Positions 9,612 through 21,500 of a stretch of DNA of 64,000 bases are shown in pieces. The stretch covers positions 32,748-96,747 of IMG/VR virus record IMGVR_UViG_3300024346_000022. The stretch is one strand, 5' to 3'. The position numbers and the translations under genes are program-made. Source of the DNA: a virus. A model generated the notes under the pieces. That model was not told the origin of the DNA. It worked only from the letters and a program-made list of their open reading frames with translations, and did not search any database. Each line of letters opens with the position of its first letter. Position 1 is the stretch's first letter.

Positions 9612-9965
9612 TCACTTTCGCCTTTTTCTTTCGGCTGGTTTATAACCCCACGATCTTGGATTTATTTTTCCACATCCAAAATCAATTTTTTTAATCACTC
9701 CGGCACCAAACTTATCATAATACATATCAAAGATACTTACTCTCTTTCCTCTACATAAGTCCAGATGCTTTTTGCCATCAATTTCATAAAATACAATATA
9801 GGCATCACTTGGATAATTGGGAGACCTCACATCATCAACTGAACCATCAGAAACTAATACCTCACAACTATATTGTGGTGGAAGTGACTTTTTTTCTTCG
9901 GGGGACCAGTTCATTAGTGTTTCCGTATTTTTTTCTCTCTCAACTACATCACGAAGTCTACTCAC
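9612..9965 (-). CDS. Conserved cyanophage hypothetical protein
   Basis: Open frame with GTG start coupled to the upstream stop; IFDMYYDKFG motif. Confidence 0.6.
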   Translation of the reverse strand: MSRLRDVVEREKNTETLMNWSPEEKKSLPPQYSCEVLVSDGSVDDVRSPNYPSDAYIVFYEIDGKKHLDLCRGKRVSIFDMYYDKFGAGVIKKIDFGCGKINPRSWGYKPAERKRRK

Positions 9966-10558
9966 GAACGACCTCCCCATTTAATATCGGGATATGCCTG
10001 TGAGACAATCTCTTTTGTTATCTTATATTTAGTTTCGAGTTTCTTATCTTTGACAAGAAAAAGGATTTCTGCCTCAAGAGGATGAAGACCTTCGAGAACA
10101 TTAATAAACATCGTTTCTCTACGAAGAGAACTCAATCCATCATTTCCACCCTTGATGAAATTATAAAACTTTGTATATTCTTTGCGAATAGATGATCTTC
10201 CCTGATCTTGTGATCCCAGTGATCGGGAATTAAGTTCTTCCATTTTACCAACGGCATCTTCAATTTTGCCGGATAGTGTTCCACTAAAAGAACCTTGTTC
10301 CCCAACACTTGAGTAAGGAACAATTCCATCGGGAAGAGATGATTTAATACTCTCATCAAAGTTCCAAATTAGAATGGACTTTAATGATGGGTCTTCATAT
10401 CGTTGAAGAACCTCAACTTTCTTTAGATTAGTTCTTTGTTTTGATACAAGATTAAGAACCTCAAAGACAAATGGGTTCGCTGGAAGACTATCAACTGCAG
10501 GTACGGATTGCGATACCTTTGGTTTTGTAATTGGTGTTTTTGCTTTTGTCGCGGTCAT
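9962..10558 (-). CDS. Conserved T4-like hypothetical protein
   Basis: RRETMFINVLEGLHPLEAEIL motif. Confidence 0.7.
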   Translation of the reverse strand: MTATKAKTPITKPKVSQSVPAVDSLPANPFVFEVLNLVSKQRTNLKKVEVLQRYEDPSLKSILIWNFDESIKSSLPDGIVPYSSVGEQGSFSGTLSGKIEDAVGKMEELNSRSLGSQDQGRSSIRKEYTKFYNFIKGGNDGLSSLRRETMFINVLEGLHPLEAEILFLVKDKKLETKYKITKEIVSQAYPDIKWGGRS

Positions 10559-10597
10559 AGTTATTTTATTAAATAATAAGTTGAAAATATTTAGTGA

Positions 10598-10867
10598 TTA
10601 TTCTTCATCATCATCGTCATCATCGTCATCATCATTAAACAGACCCCCATATTCTTGTTGAAATCCTTCATAAAAATCTGGCGAAACACTTAAAGAAACC
10701 ACTTCATCAGCGATCAAGTTTCCGTCTCTATCAAAGAGTTCTGGATGCTGTCTGGGTATCTCACGATAATTCATCATATACTCTCTGGAAACCCATCCAA
10801 TCAGTATTCCCACAACAAAAAACATTATGATAATGAACGAACCGAAAACTAAACTTGTAGCTAACAT
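10598..10867 (-). CDS. Membrane-anchored hypothetical protein with acidic tail
   Basis: N-terminal TM helix, HPELFD motif, poly-Asp tail. Confidence 0.65.
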   Translation of the reverse strand: MLATSLVFGSFIIIMFFVVGILIGWVSREYMMNYREIPRQHPELFDRDGNLIADEVVSLSVSPDFYEGFQQEYGGLFNDDDDDDDDDEE

Positions 10868-10888
10868 TTGTTTTCTCCGGTGAGGAAG

Positions 10889-11065
10889 TTATTCGATCTT
10901 ACGAGTTTTGATCGATAATTCAAAGTAGATGGTTATTTCTTTCTTAAAGAGAAGAATTAACTTTTCGTAAATAATACCAAAAGGTTGCGATTTCTTTTGT
11001 TTTCCTCCGCTTAATATTAACTCAATACCACGATTTGGTGTGATATTGTTATTTAGGTTAGACAT
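10889..11065 (-). CDS. Small hypothetical protein (58 aa)
   Basis: Manual translation MSNLNNNITPNRGIELILSGG...; fills the gap in the operon. Confidence 0.5.
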   Translation of the reverse strand: MSNLNNNITPNRGIELILSGGKQKKSQPFGIIYEKLILLFKKEITIYFELSIKTRKIE

Positions 11066-11301
11066 TAAACAATATGATTTTCCTGAAGGAACTTAACCGT
11101 TTCTGAAGCTCCTCCTAATTTTTTATCATTACAGATAACTTGAGGGAATGTGGAACCTTCACCAAACTCGGCATAAAACTCATCTGCTGTAAAGTGTTCT
11201 TCAAGATTATACACCACAAAGTTACTTCCTGTCAACTCAAGAACTTTCTTAATCTTGTGACAATATTGACAATTTTCTTTAGAATATATGGTAAAGTTCA
11301 T
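11065..11301 (-). CDS. nrdC: Glutaredoxin (NrdC-like)
   Basis: CQYC active site, TFPQV, LGG; start refined to MNFTIYSK. Confidence 0.88.
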   Translation of the reverse strand: MNFTIYSKENCQYCHKIKKVLELTGSNFVVYNLEEHFTADEFYAEFGEGSTFPQVICNDKKLGGASETVKFLQENHIV

Positions 11302-11334
11302 ATTTTTATTAAGTAAAAAAGTATTTAACAATCA

Positions 11335-13503
11335 TTATAACTTAAAATCTTCTAAATTTTTATTTTGTCCCTTTGTCTTCCACCAATTCATAATTTCATC
11401 ATGACATTTTACATTTAACCAATTATCAGTTGTCCCACTCCAAGTAGAATTAAAAGAAACATTTTCAACAAATAATGGAAAAGTATAAATTCCTCCTTGA
11501 ATTCCTTCAAAAGGAGAATAAATTATATTTTCCGCAGAAGGGAGGCAAAACCAATAAGCAAATACTCCAATACAATTGAAAGTTCCTTCTCTTTCTCTAA
11601 GTTCTTTATCAGTTCCTTTATATTCTAAATGAATATAATCATCTGGATAATAATTTTTTATTAAATTTTCTGCGTGTTTTCTACTGATTAAGTATGCACA
11701 GCAAGACCAATCACACCAACACCGGTCTCTCAATTTGACTTCTGGATTAAAGAAGCAAAACATATCTTCCCTAATTAAACATAATTGAACAATATTCCAA
11801 TTCTCTGGCAAAGAATTAAAAAATTTATCCCAAGTAAAGTTCCAATATTTTACAGTATCAAAAGTAAAATCATCTTCACAAATGATTGTATATTCTTCAT
11901 CCGTACTTTCATACCATTCTCTAATTGCTTTTAAATGTGAAGTGACTGGACCGTTACTAATGTGAGCAGTTAAAGGTCCCTCAATAATTTTATGATCTTC
12001 ATCACTATATCTTTTGTAAATATGGGGTGTTACATTAGAAATTCCATATTTTTCAAACATTTCATAAAGAACATCTCTACGTTCTTGAGATTCTTCAATA
12101 CTAATAAAATTAACTGAAGGAAAGTTTTTTAATTTTTCAGTAATAGTAATCTCATTGGGGACTTGAAAAATCCAACATTTTTCTGCTGTTTCAAATCCAG
12201 AAAGTTCTTCATTTACAGCTTGCTTAACTCCAGGAAACCAATCAGTTCCTTCAATATAATAATCATGTCCAGCAAGTATTCCTCCAGGTTTTACTTTAGG
12301 TAACCATGCTTTAATATCTTCTTTTACATCTTCATATTCATGAGAACCATCTATAAACACAAAATCCAAGGAATGATCCCCGAATCTAGATACTGCATCT
12401 AATGATTTCATTTTTAATGGGGTGTAATAAGATTCAACTGGTTTCATATTACTCAAGAATATATCATACAACATAGAAATTTCTGTATTATTTTTATGTT
12501 CTATGCTTCCTTCCCAAGTATCCACACAATAAAAATCAATATTCTTATTAGAATTTGCAATTTCTACTGCCATATATGCAGAAGATTTTCCTTTCCATGA
12601 ACCAACTTCTACGAATTTACTACCGGAAGGAAATTTTTCAACCATAGACTTATATAAATTTGGATAAGAAAACCACTCTTCTCCAAATTCTGAGTTTTGG
12701 CATATGTGATTAATTGTATTGCTATGAGGTAATACTTTTAGATTTAAATCATCTAAATTTTTATCTCGACCTTTTATTTTCCACCAATATTTAACATAAT
12801 TAGAAGAATCAATTTGAGACCCTTTGTGAGTTTGTTCAATAAAATGCTGATAAAAAGTTGATACAAAGTTTGTATTTTCATAAAATAATGGAATTGTATA
12901 TGCATCCATATTTGCTAATGAAAACAAACAATACTCTATGCAAGGAATTACATCATAATCTTTGATTTTTAGATAATATTTATTTTCTTGATAAAAATAT
13001 TCAATTAATTCTTTAGCATAATTTCTTCTAATTAAATAGGATCCAGCAGACCAATTCCACCATTCCCTTTGATTCAATTTCATATCATTATCTTCAATCC
13101 CATGTTCCTTAATTAAAGATAATTGAATTGCTTTCCAATTTTTTGGTAGGGCACTTACAAAATCTTGCCAAGAAAAATTCCAATCATCTACAGATTGTAT
13201 TGACATATCATCTTCAAAGAAGATTGCATACTCAGAATCTGAACTATTGTACCACTCTCCAATTGCTTTTAAATGTGAAATTGCTGCTGCAATTCCACCA
13301 GAGTCCATTTGATGAAAATAAACTCCATCAACAGTATCATTTTCTATACAATAATTAATTTTTCTACCATCATATGCTTCGATCATTTTTACATTTACAA
13401 TTTCATTTGAAAGAAATTGATTTTCAAATGATTGTTGTCTATTAATAGAATCACTTAAAGAAATATAATAAACTGGTGGAAAATTAGTTAATTTGTTTTT
13501 CAT
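11335..13503 (-). CDS. GT25 glycosyltransferase - SAM methyltransferase - GT25 fusion
   Basis: Two SHLKAI...EDD GT25 domains flanking a VEVGSWKGKS...FIDGSHEYE...GGILAGHDY methyltransferase domain. Confidence 0.8.
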   Translation of the reverse strand: MKNKLTNFPPVYYISLSDSINRQQSFENQFLSNEIVNVKMIEAYDGRKINYCIENDTVDGVYFHQMDSGGIAAAISHLKAIGEWYNSSDSEYAIFFEDDMSIQSVDDWNFSWQDFVSALPKNWKAIQLSLIKEHGIEDNDMKLNQREWWNWSAGSYLIRRNYAKELIEYFYQENKYYLKIKDYDVIPCIEYCLFSLANMDAYTIPLFYENTNFVSTFYQHFIEQTHKGSQIDSSNYVKYWWKIKGRDKNLDDLNLKVLPHSNTINHICQNSEFGEEWFSYPNLYKSMVEKFPSGSKFVEVGSWKGKSSAYMAVEIANSNKNIDFYCVDTWEGSIEHKNNTEISMLYDIFLSNMKPVESYYTPLKMKSLDAVSRFGDHSLDFVFIDGSHEYEDVKEDIKAWLPKVKPGGILAGHDYYIEGTDWFPGVKQAVNEELSGFETAEKCWIFQVPNEITITEKLKNFPSVNFISIEESQERRDVLYEMFEKYGISNVTPHIYKRYSDEDHKIIEGPLTAHISNGPVTSHLKAIREWYESTDEEYTIICEDDFTFDTVKYWNFTWDKFFNSLPENWNIVQLCLIREDMFCFFNPEVKLRDRCWCDWSCCAYLISRKHAENLIKNYYPDDYIHLEYKGTDKELREREGTFNCIGVFAYWFCLPSAENIIYSPFEGIQGGIYTFPLFVENVSFNSTWSGTTDNWLNVKCHDEIMNWWKTKGQNKNLEDFKL

Positions 13504-13505
13504 TA

Positions 13506-16500
13506 TTAGTCCTCCGTATCGAAGAAAAACATTTGCCATAGTCTTGCATTTTCCATAACTGTTCCAAAATATTCGGAGGCAGAATGAATAGCACTCGCAT
13601 CAAAAATTACAAGGCGATTGTATACATTTCCAAGAACATCCACGGGTTCCCAAGGAGTTCCATCTAAATGACATTCTCCAGGAATATCTTTCCAGGCAGC
13701 ATCCCAACCTTCCTCATAATAAGTTCGTGCTCTCGTTTGCTTATGGGCATATAATGTAGTTCCGCACTGAAAAGGTGCGTTAGGAGTCAGATATAACATT
13801 CCTCCCCACTTTTGACTGTCGCAGTGATAAACCAGTGGTTCTCCTGACCAAGCAATTTGAAATCTTCCGTTCATTCCGTGCTCTTGCCAAGCAGTTATTT
13901 TTCTGCCTATAATTTCTTCAAATTTTTCTTTGAGATTTGGGAATAAAAATTGCTGTTCTGTGCGTCTTCCAATAAAACCTCTGCCATATCCACCCTCGGC
14001 AAATTCTTGTTCTAATGCAAATTTACGAATTTCATCCGGATTATCATAAAAATTATCTACAATCCATGAGGTTGATTTTGAATTTGTCATTAAATCAAAC
14101 TTAGATGTGGATCCATATGAAAAATAAATCATAAACTGACCAAGACAAGTAGGTTTCCACCAGTCTCTAAAATCATACAAGTATTGATCATTAAAAATAT
14201 CTTTAGTTACATCTTTACCATTCCTTTCATATACATGAAGATCTGAACAATCATTCAAATACAAATTACGAAATTCAATAAATCGCTCTACAGCATTTTG
14301 ATGATCATTAATATGCCATTCGCCGGCAAAATTTGTAACATTATTTCGAATGAATTCATAATTATCCTTTGTAAAGATTGAATACTCCCCACCCTCACAA
14401 TCGAATTTTAAGAAATCAATTTTAGAAATATTATACTCCTTAATAATTTGTTCAAATGTAGTTGTAGAATATGAATTTCCTTCATGGTCATATATATAAA
14501 CTCCATTTTCGGGTATTGATTTTATTTCTTCTTTATCCGAAATTGCTTTATTAATAAAAGTCACTGGACCGTGAGAAACATTTTTTAGTAAAGAATCTAT
14601 AATAGTATTAGATGGTTCAATACAATAAACTTCTTTTGGTTTTTTATCTAAAATTGAATAAGTAAATGATCCATAGTTCGCACCAAAATCAAACACGATA
14701 TCATTAGGTTTTACCTCTTGATGTTTTTCATATGTTCTATGAACAAAATTTTCATTCGTAAATAATTGCACATATTCTTCACTAAGATTTCCCCAATCAA
14801 ATTCTGGAGCAGTTGGATAATTAGAAATAACTTCACTCTCTTTTTTTTCATTTTCTTCCGAAGTCAACTTTTCTCTCACATAAATTTCATTATATCCAAG
14901 TTGAGAATGTTTTATATAATTTCTATCATTCATAAAAGGTTCGTAATTTAAATTATTTTGAAAATTTTCCAATACAATTACCTTCGGAAGATATTTTTCT
15001 TGGTCAAAACCCATCATAACTTCAAGTTCCCAACCCTCAGTATCTATTGATAATATATCAATACTGCTTACATCTATTTTATCCAATAAAGTATTCAGTT
15101 TAATCGTCTGTACTTCAATAACTTCTTGAGTATTATGCTCCGGAACATTATCATACTTTATTCCCAGTGAAGAAAAACTCACCTCATCATTTTCTTGAGA
15201 GTACCAATTATCGTTATTGTAATTGATAGTAAAAGTTGTTTCTTTCTCTTCATTAGAACAAGCATACTGATATACTTCACTATTATTATCTCTGTGCTGC
15301 TTTACAAATTTTGGATTAGGTTCGACTGCAATTGTTCTCCATCCATAATTTCTAAAATGTTTCGAGTTGCTTATGAATTCTTGAGGTCCAGCACCAACTT
15401 CAACCATTATCCCCTTATAACCTAAATCTGGGAAAAAATTTTCACGCAGATATTTGTCAGTTTCAAACTCGGAATAAAATTTATTACAAAAAATATAATC
15501 TTCTGCATTTTTTGTATCTTCATTTTTATCTTTCATAATATTAATAATTCGTTCATTCACTAAATCAGGATGAACCCACCAATCTTCAAATGAAGAAATT
15601 CCATCTGGAGATATATCATTAACAACTAAAACATATCCTTTGCTTTTCAAGAAATCTCTTGATTTTTGACGATATGATCTGGTCACATCAATATAATAAT
15701 CGTGTTCATAAGTAATAACCGCAAATTTATACTTATCAAATGGTATTTTTAACATACATTCATAAGTATTTCTTGCTGGTTCTATGTCCAGTTGAAGATA
15801 ATCAATTGCGGTTTCTTGAAAATTTTCCTTTAGGAGTTTTTCATAATTTATATCCAAAGCATCTTGATTCAATACTTTAGTTTTTGGTCTTTCTTTCGTA
15901 TATTCTTTTACAAATGTTTCATCTAATTCAATTGAAACACCTCTCCAGTTAAATTTCTCTTCTAAAAGAGCGGTATTGTTTCTATCAAAGGGTTTTGCTC
16001 CTCCTATTTCAAGAAAAGTTCCATTGTTTTTTCCGTTCAATACAGAAAGAACGAATATATCCTGAAGAACTTGTGAATAATTTTTTTCGATTGTATCAGA
16101 ATTTTTAAACTTAAATCTCAATTGATTAAATTTTGTCTTATCAAAATATACTGCAGATTGAGAATTTGGTCCAAGACCAATATGCATAATTTTATCTTCA
16201 ACCAAGAACCGATATTCAGAATTCATATCGTTCCAATATTCATCAACAAGGGAATGAAATAAATCTCTAGATTCTTTCATCTTACCCCACCACCAAGAAG
16301 AAATTGCTTTTTGATATACTAAAAGATATCTTCCTTCATAGTCTGGAATATTAATTGGTTCAATTTCTTTATCATAACAATTTAAACCAAGGATAGAATA
16401 AGTATAAACTTGATCCCATTCTTGTTTTTTTTCATAGATTAAACATAAGAAATAATATGCTTCTGGTCTTTCCGGTAGAATGGACAAGGCACTATGAATT

Positions 16501-16721
16501 AATGATTTTTCCGTCACTTCTCTTGTTGCTTGTTTTCTACAAGAAATTGATGCACGAAGAAGTGATGTATAAGCAAGGAGTTTATTTTCTGCTCTTTCTG
16601 CTGCCCTCAAATAATAAGTATGTGCGGATGCATTATGTCCCTGATTATCATACCATTCGGCAAGGTTATAATTTTTTTCAGGATTTTCCGTATCAGTTGC
16701 AAATAATACTAATTCATTCAT
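13506..16721 (-). CDS. Multidomain protein: TPR-like, three FkbM-like methyltransferases, C-terminal 2OG-Fe(II) oxygenase-like domain
   Basis: PERPEAYY TPR; LEIGG/LDIE, VEVGAG/IDTEG and FDFGAN/FDCEG domains; HCD...YNRLVIFD..IHSA..RL. Confidence 0.75.
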   Translation of the reverse strand: MNELVLFATDTENPEKNYNLAEWYDNQGHNASAHTYYLRAAERAENKLLAYTSLLRASISCRKQATREVTEKSLIHSALSILPERPEAYYFLCLIYEKKQEWDQVYTYSILGLNCYDKEIEPINIPDYEGRYLLVYQKAISSWWWGKMKESRDLFHSLVDEYWNDMNSEYRFLVEDKIMHIGLGPNSQSAVYFDKTKFNQLRFKFKNSDTIEKNYSQVLQDIFVLSVLNGKNNGTFLEIGGAKPFDRNNTALLEEKFNWRGVSIELDETFVKEYTKERPKTKVLNQDALDINYEKLLKENFQETAIDYLQLDIEPARNTYECMLKIPFDKYKFAVITYEHDYYIDVTRSYRQKSRDFLKSKGYVLVVNDISPDGISSFEDWWVHPDLVNERIINIMKDKNEDTKNAEDYIFCNKFYSEFETDKYLRENFFPDLGYKGIMVEVGAGPQEFISNSKHFRNYGWRTIAVEPNPKFVKQHRDNNSEVYQYACSNEEKETTFTINYNNDNWYSQENDEVSFSSLGIKYDNVPEHNTQEVIEVQTIKLNTLLDKIDVSSIDILSIDTEGWELEVMMGFDQEKYLPKVIVLENFQNNLNYEPFMNDRNYIKHSQLGYNEIYVREKLTSEENEKKESEVISNYPTAPEFDWGNLSEEYVQLFTNENFVHRTYEKHQEVKPNDIVFDFGANYGSFTYSILDKKPKEVYCIEPSNTIIDSLLKNVSHGPVTFINKAISDKEEIKSIPENGVYIYDHEGNSYSTTTFEQIIKEYNISKIDFLKFDCEGGEYSIFTKDNYEFIRNNVTNFAGEWHINDHQNAVERFIEFRNLYLNDCSDLHVYERNGKDVTKDIFNDQYLYDFRDWWKPTCLGQFMIYFSYGSTSKFDLMTNSKSTSWIVDNFYDNPDEIRKFALEQEFAEGGYGRGFIGRRTEQQFLFPNLKEKFEEIIGRKITAWQEHGMNGRFQIAWSGEPLVYHCDSQKWGGMLYLTPNAPFQCGTTLYAHKQTRARTYYEEGWDAAWKDIPGECHLDGTPWEPVDVLGNVYNRLVIFDASAIHSASEYFGTVMENARLWQMFFFDTED

Positions 16722-17688
16722 TGATAAAGTCCTCCAAAAAAGATTCTGAAATTTTTAAAACATAAGCGGCATTATCTACCGCACCAAAAGTAATCAAATA
16801 ACTATTATTATATTTTGCTAAACCACAACAAAATTCTACTTTCATATTTAAGAATGAAAATAGTTTAGAAAATTTTTGAGACTTAAACTCACTATCCCAA
16901 TATACAAATCTATGTCGGTATGTACCATTCTTTCTTCCCAATTCAGAACTATACAATTGTGTTTCGTGAATGATGGTTAGATATCCATCCTTATATTTAA
17001 TGACTTGAGACCCACCTCTCATATCATTAAATCCTGGAGTATATTGATTAGTTTCAAATACCTGAGTTTCTTCACCATTTGGATTGAACTTCATAATACA
17101 AGTAGAATTAGTCCATTTCATTAGATGAAAAGGTTTATCCTCTATAGGAGTACAATTCTTCATACAATACTCATTATCCGGAGGTGGTCCTGGAATTCTA
17201 AATCTTGATACTTCTATGACTTTATCATCAGCAAATTCAAGTTCTGAAATTTCCATTCTTCCAGTCCCAATCGTATCCAAATCTCTTCTCACTCCACAAA
17301 GATATATCTTATCATTCCAATGTATTAAGCGACCATCTTCCAATCCAACAAATTCCCATTGTGGTTCGTATGTATCAAATCTTGAAGTATCAATTTTAGA
17401 ATAATGTATAATATTTAAATCTCCATCTAATTGTGCAACATAATTCCAAGTACGAAGATGCATATCATTTTCTGGATGAATATACACCATAGGTCCCCAT
17501 ATATGCTCAAATCTATCCAACTCCGAATGATATAAAGTATAATTTATATTTCGGATATTAACTATGATACTTCCATCCACAACCAATATTGATGGATTGG
17601 TTAGAGAAGGTCCCATAAAATCTTCTGAAGGAATCATTAATGGTTTTACGATTCCACCATTTTCCAAGGCAAGTTTTACAAAGTTCAT
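16714..17688 (-). CDS. Five-bladed beta-propeller glycoside hydrolase-like protein
   Basis: NPSI...R.INY, GLEDGRL, KN.TP, RGGSQ, VEFCCGL, FG..D pattern; start uncertain (up to 17733). Confidence 0.6.
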   Translation of the reverse strand: MNFVKLALENGGIVKPLMIPSEDFMGPSLTNPSILVVDGSIIVNIRNINYTLYHSELDRFEHIWGPMVYIHPENDMHLRTWNYVAQLDGDLNIIHYSKIDTSRFDTYEPQWEFVGLEDGRLIHWNDKIYLCGVRRDLDTIGTGRMEISELEFADDKVIEVSRFRIPGPPPDNEYCMKNCTPIEDKPFHLMKWTNSTCIMKFNPNGEETQVFETNQYTPGFNDMRGGSQVIKYKDGYLTIIHETQLYSSELGRKNGTYRHRFVYWDSEFKSQKFSKLFSFLNMKVEFCCGLAKYNNSYLITFGAVDNAAYVLKISESFLEDFINE

Positions 17689-17782
17689 AAACATAATAAT
17701 TAATAAAGTATTATTTCTCAGTAAATTTATCAATAGTGTAATTATAAAATGGATGCATCATATACTCACAATCATAAAATTT

Positions 17783-17811
17783 ATTATAACAGATTAGTTC
17801 TTAAGTGTCAA
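17783..17811 (-). promoter_or_regulatory. Sigma70-type promoter driving the glycosylation/methylation block
   Basis: TTGACA-17 bp-TATAAT. Confidence 0.8.
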
Positions 17812-17850
17812 TAGATGGTTCTGGCAGGTCGTACTCGGTAGCGATGGGGG

Positions 17851-18552
17851 TCATATACCGAAACGCCTACGAAGAGCGTTGAAGTTTTGTGTGACTTCTG
17901 TTGCGGTGAGTACTCTGTTGTATGCCTGAATAGTAGCGACTTTTGCTGCATAGTTGGCCGCCGCACCAGTAAACATCGTTCTAAATGATAATGTTGTATT
18001 AGAAAATGCCGTTGCACTTGTAGTTAAGGCATATCCACTGGAGTTAAATCGGTGTATAAAAGGAGTTCTTGTGGTTGGATTTGTACCAAAAGCAATATAA
18101 GACCATGATGTAGTAACATTTCCGGAGGTAACATCAACAGGTATGTTATTATCCTTAAAATAAAATGTTGTGCCTGCAGTTCCATATGCTCCTATCTCAA
18201 TAAATGGATCTATTCTATTGAAAAAATAGTTCCATCCAGTACCTGTTTGTGGAATTGTTTGTTGTAAAAACAAACACATAGTAAATCCGGTGTTAGTGGA
18301 TAAATTCAAATCAGAATCTAGGTCTAAACGTTCATTAGTTCCATCAAAAAGCAAATGACCTCCATTGGCGCTGCTGTAAGTCGGTCCATTTATAAGAGTT
18401 CCATTATTCCTATTACCACTCAAATCAGTCCAGATGGTTCCCGAACCACGATAAGAATTTTGTTGTCCTGCATCCAGATTTAAGACAAGATCATTTGTAA
18501 CAATTTTTGGATATGTGGTTGAAATAGCAAAACTTTTACTCAAAAAACTCAT
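17851..18552 (-). CDS. LamG / concanavalin A-like lectin domain virion protein
   Basis: LVLNLDAG...WTDLSGNRNNGTLINGPTY...FDG...YNRVLTATEVTQNFNA. Confidence 0.8.
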   Translation of the reverse strand: MSFLSKSFAISTTYPKIVTNDLVLNLDAGQQNSYRGSGTIWTDLSGNRNNGTLINGPTYSSANGGHLLFDGTNERLDLDSDLNLSTNTGFTMCLFLQQTIPQTGTGWNYFFNRIDPFIEIGAYGTAGTTFYFKDNNIPVDVTSGNVTTSWSYIAFGTNPTTRTPFIHRFNSSGYALTTSATAFSNTTLSFRTMFTGAAANYAAKVATIQAYNRVLTATEVTQNFNALRRRFGI

Positions 18553-21500
18553 TTGAAGTTACCATTCACAATACCAAGAACTTGATAATTTGCAGTAGTA
18601 CTAGCAGAACCTATTGTGTTAATGCCAGTAAAGTTAAAAATATCATAAGAAGTTGTAGAAGCAGTTGAGACAACAGAACCAGGATATCTTACAGTTCTTG
18701 CAGTACCATTTAAATTTACTGTGGTACATGCATATCCAATTGAAGTTTGAATTGCAACAACTGTAAATGTAAGAACACTGTTATCAAAAGTACTATCAGT
18801 TGGAATACCAGTTACATTCAGTGTGATTGGTCCTGTTGGATTTGTACAAATAGCAATATTACCACCACCAATATTATAAACCAAACTTACAGTATTTCCG
18901 CTTACACGTATTGATTTTTCTGCAAGAGATTGGATACGAGTATCAGTTGCAGTGAAAGAACCAGCAACGGATACTGTTGTTGTTGGATTTGTGGTTCCAA
19001 TACCAAGATTACCGGATGAAGGATTGAATACAAGTTTTGTAGAAGAAATATAAGAAGTTCTAGCAATTCCTGATGTGACAGAAAGAATTCCAACATACCA
19101 ATTTGAATTTGTTGTGGTGTTATCAAATACCGTAACCCCCCCATCACTTGTACCCTGTAGTCCTTGAGTACCCTGAAGTCCTTGAGTACCCTGAAGACCT
19201 TGAGTTCCTTGAACACCTTGATTACTTAGACCTTGAAGTCCTTGAGTACCCTGAAGTCCTTGAGTACCCTGAAGACCTTGAGTTCCTTGAACACCTTGAT
19301 TACTTAGACCTTGAAGTCCTTGAGTACCCTGAAGACCTTGAGTACCCTGAAGACCTTGAGTACCTTGAGTACCAGAACCTTGAAGTCCTTGAGTTCCCTG
19401 CAATCCTTGAGTACCTTGAAGTCCTTGAGTACCTTGAACACCTTGATTACTTAGACCTTGAAGTCCTTGAGTTCCCTGCAATCCTTGAGTACCTTGAAGT
19501 CCTTGAGTACCTTGAGTACCAGAACCCTGAAGTCCTTGAAGTCCTTGAACACCTTGAGTACCCTGAAGTCCTTGAGTACCTTGAACACCTTGATTACTTA
19601 GACCTTGAAGTCCTTGAGTTCCCTGCAATCCTTGAGTACCCTGAAGTCCTTGAGTACCTTGAGTACCAGAACCTTGAAGTCCCTGAAGTCCCTGCAATCC
19701 TTGAGTACCTTGAACACCTTGATTACTTAGACCTTGAAGTCCTTGAGTTCCCTGAAGACCTTGAGTTCCTTGTAGTCCTTGAAGTCCAGCAGCAAAAGGA
19801 GTAGTCCAAGAAACTCCAGCACCTGTTGATACTAAAACACTACCGGCAGCACCTACATTATTATTGATATCTCTCAAAGCACCATCAAGTTCTACCAATC
19901 CACCGAAAGTAGAAACACCGGTAATTCTTACATCTCCTTGAACGTGAAGTTTTGATGTTGGATTGGTTGTTCCCAATCCTATATTTCCACCATAAGGTCC
20001 AAGTTGTATCGTTCCATTCGCATCTACATCGATACTTGGAATACCAGAAACATCATTAACAGAGAAGATAGAACCACTGGTGAGATTATTTGTAATACTG
20101 AATAACTGACCAGCAGAACCTTCCCAAGATAAGGTGCCTGAGTTTAGAGTATCATAAGGAATTATATCAATTACTGTACCAATTCCAAGTGCTCCAGTAG
20201 AGGGATTGAATTGAAGTTTTGTTGAAGAAACCTGAGCAGTTTTGGCGATTCCTGATGTGACAGAAATAATTCCAACATACCAGTTTGAATTTGTTGTGGT
20301 GTCATCAAATACCACAAATCCACCATCACTTGCACCCTGAAGACCTTGAGTACCTTGATTTCCTGTACCCTGGAGTCCTTGAGTACCTTGAGTACCTTGA
20401 GTTCCTTGAGTACCCTGATTTCCTGTACCCTGGAGTCCTTGAGTTCCTTGAGTTCCCTGTAATCCTTGAGTTCCTTGATTTCCTGTACCCTGGAGTCCTT
20501 GTGTTCCTTGAGTACCTTGAGTACCCTGATTTCCTGTACCCTGGAGTCCTTGAGTACCTTGAACACCCTGAAGAGCGGCATTCTGTATCGTTGCCTTTCC
20601 TACAACATTTCCAGTTACATCATAAAGAGCAATAAAATCACTACTTTGAGGGTCTGTAACAGTAGGTAATCCATTAATATCAAGATTTGTAGCAGTTCCA
20701 TTAAATCTGGTTGCGGTAATTTGACTATCGGTAATATGAACTCCACCGACTGCCAAACGAACTCCATTAGGAACTTGAGTAGAACCAATACCAACACCAT
20801 AATTGAATAACCAGGCATCAGTAGTACCGGCACCTAAAGTACCACCCTTAATCCACATAATTTGTTTATATGTGGAAGGAATACTATCAATACCAACAAC
20901 ATTAATATCAATTAATGGAGTACCTTCAGTAGATGCAATTGAAATACCACCGTGATTTGCCGTGGTATCCGTAGAAACATCCTGACCAAAGGAATTTGTT
21001 GTAAATCCCAATACAATATCTTTATCTTTTACTTGTAATTCATTAACAACAAGAAATGCTGTAGTACCACCAACAGTTATGTTTCCCGTAACATTTAGAT
21101 TTGAATTAATATTTGTAGCACCATTAACTGTAAGACCCGTAAATGTGGGATTATTAGTTAGGGTGATTGTTGCACCTACTCCAGATGATGTTGCAGTTAG
21201 ATTTCCACTTACAAAGTTAATGGAATTAACATTACCTGGAGTTCCTACAACAGAACCTTCCTCACGAATTGTAATACCAGTAATTGCACCAGCAGAAGCA
21301 GCAGCAACCCAAGTAGGTGTAGCACCAACTCCATTTGATGCAAGAACATACCCAGGTGTACCATTTGCCAAAAATACAGTAGTATCAGATGCAGATTGAT
21401 AAGGTATATTACCAATAACACCACCTTTTAGATTTGTGGCAATACCGGCATTAGAAACATAGTCGGCAATTGTGATAGTAGAAGCAGTACCAGATGCTGT

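Noticed and set aside
17812-18552. Diversity-generating retroelement target at the LamG 3' end
   Set aside because: No template repeat, adenine-specific variant copy or reverse transcriptase seen in the window
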